Positions 57,990 to 64,000 of a DNA stretch of 64,000 nucleotides are shown here, one piece after another. Source of the DNA: an uncultured Cytophagia bacterium (lineage in GTDB: Bacteria > Zhuqueibacterota > Zhuqueibacteria > Oleimicrobiales > Geothermoviventaceae); the NCBI GenBank assembly GCA_964644845.1, contig CAZXXS010000097.1, positions 89,664 through 153,663 on the forward strand, in the 5' to 3' direction. Position 1 is the first letter of the stretch, and every line of letters begins with the position of its first letter. Below the pieces are notes generated by a model. The model was given only the letters and a program-made list of their open reading frames with translations. It did no database searches and had not been told where the DNA came from. Both the position numbers and the translations under genes were made by a program.

Positions 57990-58091
57990 GGAAGCCGGAG
58001 AGACTGACGGTGGAACAGCAGAAAGCAACCGTGGTTGTGTAGGTTTGGCGCTTCGCTTGAGCTGAGCGGTGTTGCTTCGCGGTGTGTCGTG

Positions 58092-58106
58092 CTGTCAGAC
58101 TGACAG
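58092..58106. promoter_or_regulatory. Perfect 15-bp palindrome CTGTCAGACTGACAG 60 nt upstream of the membrane-protein gene
   Basis: Seen directly. CTGT-N7-ACAG geometry. Candidate operator. Confidence 0.35.
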
Positions 58107-58166
58107 ACCGCTTGGCTGCCCGAAATGAGGCATCGACCGCAGTGCATTCCAGCGCGAGGTTCGGTG

Positions 58167-59537
58167 ATGGCCGAGAAACCAGAAGAAAACGCGACGTCCA
58201 GGGAGGTAGTGTACCCGTGGCAGCAGAAAGCCACCGCTTTCGCCCTCAGCTGGATTGCGCTTGCCTCGGGACTGCCTTTTCTCTGGTTTTCGTCCTGGTT
58301 TGGGCCAGGGGATTTCGAGTTCTCGAGTGCGATGCTGTACCACAGTGTGATGGTGCCGCTCCTCGTGCTTTTCTACCTGCTTGTAAGTTCGAGCTTGCGG
58401 CTGCCTCTCTGCGCCACACGCTGGTTCCCGGGAGGAGCAATTCTCTCGGTACTGTTCGCCGGTTTGGGAGCTCTGGTCGGACGTCACACGGGCTTTTCAC
58501 TTTTTGCGGTGTTGCGGATCGCGGGGATGATCGGAGCGGATGTGCTTGGAGTTGCCGTGGCTGTTTCACTGGTACGGCTTGGGCGGAGGAGGGGTAGCGC
58601 CTTGGGAAGCGAGCGAACGGCTTTTTTGCTTCTTCTTACCTCGGTTCTCGGCGTACTGCTGGCTGCTCCTTTAGGGCATCTCGCGGGCTGGTCGCTGGAT
58701 TTTGGGCTGATTTCTTTTCCTGGGGCGCCAAAATGGCTGAGGGCTGTGGGATTGCAGCCCGAGGCCCTGGAGGATGCGTTAATCGCTTCCCATTCGCATC
58801 TCATCGTGGCGGCGTTGTTGTGTGGCCTGACGGCTCTTGCGGCCGTGCTGTTTGCTTCCACGCGGGAGGCGCACTGGCGCTCACGGGTGCGTGTTCTCGG
58901 ATTCTGGCTGGCCGGGCTGGCGCTTGTCGCCGCAGCGGCTCTGTACCTGGTGTCTGCCGCAACGGGCTGGGAACCGCCGGCGCTGTTCGCTTCGCCGCCG
59001 AACGGAATGCCTCTTGATGACGTTCTGTTGACGCTAATGTGGATGGGTTTCCTGGCTGTGGCCCTCGGAATGGCGAATGGTCTGTGGGACGCAGGTAAAC
59101 AGTGGGTCAAAATTCGCACGTCACTGCGTTGGAACCTGGTGTTTGGTTTCCTGGGGGCGGTCGTGGTCGGTGTCTACATCGAATTCCGCGAAGTGTACTA
59201 CGGCAGTGGGGAGTTGCCAGCGCCCGGCGCTCTCAAGGATCAAGTGTTTGTCCGGGCGCACATGCTGTACCCGTTTCTGCTGTTGCCGACCGCGATGGCT
59301 TTTCTTCTTGCTTTCGTTGCGAACAGAAGGTATTTTCGCCACGAAACGGCGGCACTCTCCCGCGTTGCGCAGTTGGTGTTGGCCGGGATGACGCTTGGGC
59401 TTGCAGGCGAACTCCTTTGGTTCTGCGGTTGGGGCAAAGGTGTGTTTGTGGCCGGGACCGCTGTTCTGGTGTTGACGTTTGTGGCGGCTGCTTGGATTTT
59501 CGCGAGACGGTGTTGGGTCTTGGTTCGAGGGCTCTGA
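58167..59537 (+). CDS. Polytopic integral membrane protein of unknown function (about 12 predicted TM segments)
   Basis: Start moved to ATG 58167. Hydrophobic helices throughout. No recognisable family motif. Confidence 0.5.
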   Translation: MAEKPEENATSREVVYPWQQKATAFALSWIALASGLPFLWFSSWFGPGDFEFSSAMLYHSVMVPLLVLFYLLVSSSLRLPLCATRWFPGGAILSVLFAGLGALVGRHTGFSLFAVLRIAGMIGADVLGVAVAVSLVRLGRRRGSALGSERTAFLLLLTSVLGVLLAAPLGHLAGWSLDFGLISFPGAPKWLRAVGLQPEALEDALIASHSHLIVAALLCGLTALAAVLFASTREAHWRSRVRVLGFWLAGLALVAAAALYLVSAATGWEPPALFASPPNGMPLDDVLLTLMWMGFLAVALGMANGLWDAGKQWVKIRTSLRWNLVFGFLGAVVVGVYIEFREVYYGSGELPAPGALKDQVFVRAHMLYPFLLLPTAMAFLLAFVANRRYFRHETAALSRVAQLVLAGMTLGLAGELLWFCGWGKGVFVAGTAVLVLTFVAAAWIFARRCWVLVRGL

Positions 59538-60603
59538 ATGGCGACCGCGAAGGGCGCACTTGCACGGCAACTGTCAAGAGGTCGTGGGCTCTACCAGGTC
59601 CTCAGGACGAACCCGAACGGGTGCAGAAAACTGGCTGCTTGAGCCCGTTTCGAGGGGCGTGGCCTTTTGGTGAAGTGGATTTGAGTTGGGTGCGTGGGGT
59701 TTGCCACTTTGGTCTGGACCAGAGCCTTGAGGCTGTGGAGTCGGAGAGCCCTCTGCAGGTTGAGCCGACGGCCAGCGCCCAGAGCCGGGAACAAGAGCGT
59801 GTCACTTCCGTGCCAGGGTCTGCACCTAAATGAGTTGAACGAGTTACGAGGAAATGTGTGAGGCTGTGAACTGAGGTCCCAATCTGAGGTGGGTCTGGAA
59901 TCTTACTGGTGGTGAGCAGGTAACGCTGCCTTCCCCTGGGCTGGTCGAGTGCGAACCTGACCGGAAATCTCTCCTTCCGCTGATCTGATCATCGACGCCA
60001 CTTCGTGTTCCCTGCTCGAGGTGTTCTCCAGCCTCAAGAAATCACTTGCAACATGGCAATGTGCAGTTCGTACGACCGGAATGGCCGGAATTCTCCTGTC
60101 CTACCACCTGTCAGTTGGAGGTGGGCTAGCCGTGGCGCGGTCTTAGAAGGACTGGCGAGGCCGGTGCAAAGGATCCAGGAATTCCCTGAGGTGGCCGGTG
60201 TGACTTGGTCTCTGGGGGAGCCTTTTCAGGAACCGGGAGAGGAACGGTTTGTGATTCTGGCAGGGCTTGGGGCTTTTGGGGCCGGAGCAGTGTTCCCCCC
60301 GCTCAAGTGTACCTCTTGGCCTTCCTTCGTGAAGATGCGTGAGGGAATGCCCTGATTAAGGAGGATCGGTCCGATTTGGCAACAGGCCTGATGCAGGCTA
60401 AGTGAACAAACGGAGGGTGACGGGACGCAATCAAGTGTGAGTGAGAGGAGGTGAGGTGAATTCGGGCTCTGCACCTGAGGGGGCGTGAGCGTACATCCTG
60501 TCGGTTTGTTCGACAGGGCTACTCCTGTGGCTGCCGAGGAAGGAGAGGGAACCGCACGGGTTTACGAGAAGGTGTTCAACAAACTTTCTAACGGGAGGTA
60601 CGA

Positions 60604-62895
60604 ATGAATCGAAATGGGGCAAGATTGGCAGCTGTGCTTGCTTTTCTCACCCTCGCCACAGCAGTGGGCGAACAGGCACTGGCCAGGACCAGGAGGCCTG
60701 GGCCCATTCGCGTTCTGAAACCGACCATCTCGAGTGGGGCGTGGGCTGTCATCAATCGCAAAAGGCCAGCGTGGCAGAAGACAAAAGCAACAGTGGAGGC
60801 GTTGCAGGCCATCCAGCCGATGCCTTATTCGCCGCTTGTGTCGGATCTGGTTACGTCGATCGAAGCCATCAACTTCGATGAGAACGCGGCCACGGTGGGT
60901 GCGTACGAGGTCCCGCCGGACCCAATGGGTGTTGCAGGCCACAACCACGTGCTCAACGTCGTGAACACCAGCATTGAGTGGTACACCAAAGACGGGACTC
61001 GTCAGCACCGGGAGGATTTGGAAGATTTCTTTAGCTCGCTCAATCCTGCCGATGGGAGCCTGTTCGACCCGAAAGCGACTTACGACCAGTACGCCGATCG
61101 GTTTGTCGTGCTCGTCGCCGGGCAGACCACCAGTCCCTTCACGTCGGACATCTACCTGGCAGTGTCCCAAACAGACGATCCGAACGACGGCTGGTACTTC
61201 CAGAAGTTCAGTACCATCGTGTACTTCGGCGCATTGCCCAGCTGGCTGGATTTCCCGGGCCTCGCGGTAGGACCGAATGCCATCTACGTTACAGGCAACA
61301 TGTTTACGCTCTCCTTCATGGGCACGCGGTTGTGGATCATCGATAAGGGCCTGGGTACCGGTGGGCTCTACGACGGCGGAACGTCTACAGTCAATGTTTA
61401 CGATCCGTCAACAGAGGCGGGATTGGGCTCGCAGGCTTTCACGCTGCAACCGGCGCAGATGTTTGGTACGCCTCCCGGAAATACCGGTACCTACCTCTTC
61501 AGCACGGGCTGGGTGGATAGCGACGACCAGACCACGGACTACCTAAGCGTAATTCGCGTGGACGATCCCCTCGGGACCCCCACCTTCACGAACTTCTGGA
61601 TTAATTTGGGGAATATTCACAACGAGGATGACGGCGTTCCGGATGCGCCTCAAAAGGACTCAGACAAGCTGATCTCGGCGAATGACAGTCGAGCACTCCA
61701 GGCTGTCTGGCGCCACGACGCTCTCTACGGTGTGTACACGGTGAATCCGCCGAGCGGTACCGACCAGGGACAGGCAACAGCGTTCTGGTTCAAAATCGAC
61801 ACCAGCGATCCCAACAACTTGAGCCTTGCCGACGATGGTTACATTGGGGGCGAGGAAATTGCCCCGAGTTGCTACACCTTCTTCCCCGCAATTGCGGTGA
61901 ACAAGAACGACGAAGTTGGCATTGGCTTTTCGGCATCGGCGGCGACGATCTACCCGGGGGCCTACTACACGGGACGCAAACCGGATGACCCGGCCGGAAC
62001 CATGCAGACACCGAAGACCCTTCGAGCCGGGATCGACTACTACTACCGCGCTTTCGGTGGAAGCCGAAATCGCTGGGGCGATTACAGCGGTGCGGCCGTA
62101 GATCCTTCGGACGACGTGACGTTCTGGGTGTACAACGAGTACGCCATCGAACGTGGAACGGTGCTCAGCGATTACCCGGACGAGGATGGTCGTTACGGAA
62201 CGGCTTTTGGTAAGTTCACGGTGAGTGAGAGCGCTACCGTTCTGGTTAGCGTGAAGGTGTTCCTGGAGGGACCGTACGACGCGAACGGCGACACGATGAA
62301 GACGGCTTTGAAGAGCCAGGGCCTGATCCCAACTTCCCAGCCGTACAACACAGCTCCGTGGAATTACGATGGCAACGAGAGTGTTAGCGAGATACCGGCC
62401 GGAGTGGTCGATTGGGTGCTGCTCGAACTTCGCAGCGGGACGGCTGCGAGTACGTCAGTGGCCAAACGCGCTTGTTTCCTGAAAAGCGATGGCACGATCG
62501 TGGATCTCGATGGTACGAGCGCAGTGGAGTTTGAAGCAGCGGCTGGTGACTACTACGTAGTTGTTTACCACCGCAACCACCTTGCTGCGATGACGGCGAA
62601 CCCTGTGACATTGACCTCAACCTCTGCTACCCTGTACGATTTTACCTCGGCCAGCGATCAGTTTTACGGTGGTGCAGGGGGCGCGAAGGAAATCGAGACG
62701 GGTGTTTGGGGCATGATCGCCGGCGATGCCAACGCTGACGGCGGGGTGTACGCTGAGGACTACACCAGCTACCAAACGAGCCAGGGTAACGAAGGGTACA
62801 GCGAAAGTGCAGACTTCAACCTGGACGGTGGTGTGTACGCGGAAGATTACACCTTGTACCAGATCAATCAAGGGCAAGAAACGAGTGTACCATGA
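60604..62895 (+). CDS. Secreted protein of unknown function with C-terminal dockerin-like duplicated calcium-binding repeat
   Basis: SD gggagg and signal peptide. C terminus has two 22-aa segments with D-x-N-x-D-G-x-V-x-x-x-D loops (GDANADGGVYAEDYTSYQ and ADFNLDGGVYAEDYTLYQ). Confidence 0.55.
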   Translation: MNRNGARLAAVLAFLTLATAVGEQALARTRRPGPIRVLKPTISSGAWAVINRKRPAWQKTKATVEALQAIQPMPYSPLVSDLVTSIEAINFDENAATVGAYEVPPDPMGVAGHNHVLNVVNTSIEWYTKDGTRQHREDLEDFFSSLNPADGSLFDPKATYDQYADRFVVLVAGQTTSPFTSDIYLAVSQTDDPNDGWYFQKFSTIVYFGALPSWLDFPGLAVGPNAIYVTGNMFTLSFMGTRLWIIDKGLGTGGLYDGGTSTVNVYDPSTEAGLGSQAFTLQPAQMFGTPPGNTGTYLFSTGWVDSDDQTTDYLSVIRVDDPLGTPTFTNFWINLGNIHNEDDGVPDAPQKDSDKLISANDSRALQAVWRHDALYGVYTVNPPSGTDQGQATAFWFKIDTSDPNNLSLADDGYIGGEEIAPSCYTFFPAIAVNKNDEVGIGFSASAATIYPGAYYTGRKPDDPAGTMQTPKTLRAGIDYYYRAFGGSRNRWGDYSGAAVDPSDDVTFWVYNEYAIERGTVLSDYPDEDGRYGTAFGKFTVSESATVLVSVKVFLEGPYDANGDTMKTALKSQGLIPTSQPYNTAPWNYDGNESVSEIPAGVVDWVLLELRSGTAASTSVAKRACFLKSDGTIVDLDGTSAVEFEAAAGDYYVVVYHRNHLAAMTANPVTLTSTSATLYDFTSASDQFYGGAGGAKEIETGVWGMIAGDANADGGVYAEDYTSYQTSQGNEGYSESADFNLDGGVYAEDYTLYQINQGQETSVP

Positions 62896-62959
62896 CACCA
62901 GGGAGAGGGCGTTAACTCCAGGGGAGAAAATGGCCTACAAACTTTAGGAGGAGTTGGTT

Positions 62960-64000
62960 ATGCGACGAATTCTGACAGCAGGTGTGGCCGTGGTGGCGCT
63001 GATCCTGTTTGTCTTCGGTTTGACTGCACAGGTTCAGGCCGTGGTGGACACGCGGCTTGTGTACGTCAGCAACACGTCCAACTACCCGGAAGCCGGGAAG
63101 GGCACGCTGGTGATCGACGTGGAAGCAAAATCCGATGCCAGTACGGAGGAAATCCACGCTTTTCAGGATGCCTTTCAACTGGACGCTACCTTCCGTGCGC
63201 AGAATCCGACGGTCAGCTTTTCGGACGAGCTTTTCCCTTCTTCTGTGTACACCACGACTGAAGACTACAGAGACACGGACGGTCGGGTTCGTTACATCTA
63301 CACGTACAACTCCGGCACCGTTGCTTCGATTGGTACGGATTGGGTGCGGGTAGTTCGTGTCACCATCGAGTACACAATGACGGACGCTTCGGGAAGTGTG
63401 AGCTGGTACGACGGCAATCCTAATTACTACGTTACCAATTCGGTCAACGCGGAAATCACAGGCAACGAGGAACCCATCCCACCCGAGTTGACGGACGTTT
63501 CACTGCCGGTTGAGCTGGCAGTCTTCACCGCGAAAACGGGCCAGAACGGCGTGGTCGTTCGCTGGGTGACTGAGACGGAAGTGAACAACCTGGGTTTCAA
63601 TCTCTACCGCAGCAGCGAGGAAACGGGAGAATACACGAAGGTGAACGCCGGTCTAATTCACGGTGCTGGCACGAGCTCAAGCCGGCATCAGTACACCTAC
63701 GTGGACCAGAGTGTTCTCGAGGGAAAAACTTACTGGTACAAATTGGAGTCGGTCGCCTACGACGGTTCCCGATTCGAACACGGCCCCATTTCGGTGACCT
63801 TTGGTCTAACAGGTCAGGCCGTGCAGCTTCCTGATCATTTCGAACTTGGTCAAAATTACCCCAATCCGTTCAATCCGACCACTGAGCTTCGCTACCAGCT
63901 ACCCGAGGAGTCGGATGTGGAAATCGTGGTGTTGGACGCCACGGGAAGACTGGTAAAAACGCTGGTCAAAGGAAAAATGTCAGCGGGGCAACATTCGGTG
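62960..64000 (+). CDS. Secreted protein with T9SS C-terminal sorting domain (3' end beyond window)
   Basis: SD aggaggag and signal peptide MRRILTAGVAVVALILFVFGLTAQVQA. CTD begins LGQNYPNPFNPTTELRYQL...IVVLDATGRLV. The frame is open to the window end. Confidence 0.6.
   Translation, partial: MRRILTAGVAVVALILFVFGLTAQVQAVVDTRLVYVSNTSNYPEAGKGTLVIDVEAKSDASTEEIHAFQDAFQLDATFRAQNPTVSFSDELFPSSVYTTTEDYRDTDGRVRYIYTYNSGTVASIGTDWVRVVRVTIEYTMTDASGSVSWYDGNPNYYVTNSVNAEITGNEEPIPPELTDVSLPVELAVFTAKTGQNGVVVRWVTETEVNNLGFNLYRSSEETGEYTKVNAGLIHGAGTSSSRHQYTYVDQSVLEGKTYWYKLESVAYDGSRFEHGPISVTFGLTGQAVQLPDHFELGQNYPNPFNPTTELRYQLPEESDVEIVVLDATGRLVKTLVKGKMSAGQHSV

Noticed and set aside
58092-58106. LexA (SOS) box interpretation of CTGTCAGACTGACAG
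   Set aside because: The spacing is CTGT-N7-ACAG rather than the canonical CTGT-N8-ACAG of the E. coli-type box. LexA boxes of FCB-group bacteria differ, so no assignment was made. It is kept only as a generic palindromic operator candidate.
1-64000. CRISPR arrays, rRNA operons, integrases/prophage blocks
   Set aside because: No regularly spaced direct repeats, no rRNA-like conserved stretches and no integrase or recombinase-like ORFs were seen anywhere in the window.

Overview
The window is high-GC (about 60%) bacterial chromosomal DNA, densely coding on both strands, with no rRNA, tRNA or CRISPR array recognisable. Many secreted proteins carry a C-terminal type IX secretion (T9SS) sorting domain (..YPNPFN.. 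beta-sandwich), and a PorV/PorQ-family outer-membrane protein is present, so the organism probably belongs to the FCB superphylum (Bacteroidota-like, Gemmatimonadota, Ignavibacteria or candidate phyla). Several start codons were moved from the ORF-track positions on the basis of signal peptides, SD sequences and homologue N-termini. Content from start to end: (1) A 5'-truncated geranylgeranyl-reductase-family gene tightly followed by a CDP-alcohol phosphatidyltransferase, then ftsY and rimO. (2) Peptidoglycan recycling genes (ldcA; mltD-like translationally coupled to namZ), an M48 peptidase, a SWIM zinc-finger protein and tldD/pmbA. (3) An IS200/IS605-like HUH transposase remnant. (4) A large glycan-degradation region. 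It holds a minus-strand operon of a Gfo/Idh/MocA oxidoreductase, a DUF1080 3-keto-glycoside hydrolase/lyase-like protein, GH97 and a hypothetical protein. It also holds two T9SS-secreted right-handed beta-helix proteins, a T9SS-tagged TIM-barrel GH-like protein, a CE7 esterase, a URO-D-like protein and three tandem Cys-type sulfatases, with no SusC/SusD. (5) A co-directional cluster on the minus strand. Its genes are PorV/PorQ-like, a T9SS-tagged M6-like pseudo-metalloprotease with FG-GAP repeats, a 69-aa ORF, an MA-peptidase/beta-propeller giant protein and two tandem DUF5683-like paralogs. (6) pepF, a natural NifS-like cysteine desulfurase::SelD (selenophosphate synthetase, Cys-type) fusion with an adjacent polytopic membrane protein, a secreted protein with a C-terminal dockerin-like pair, and a further T9SS cargo protein truncated at the window end. 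Several 0.9-1.4 kb regions have no convincing ORF and carry strong palindromes.
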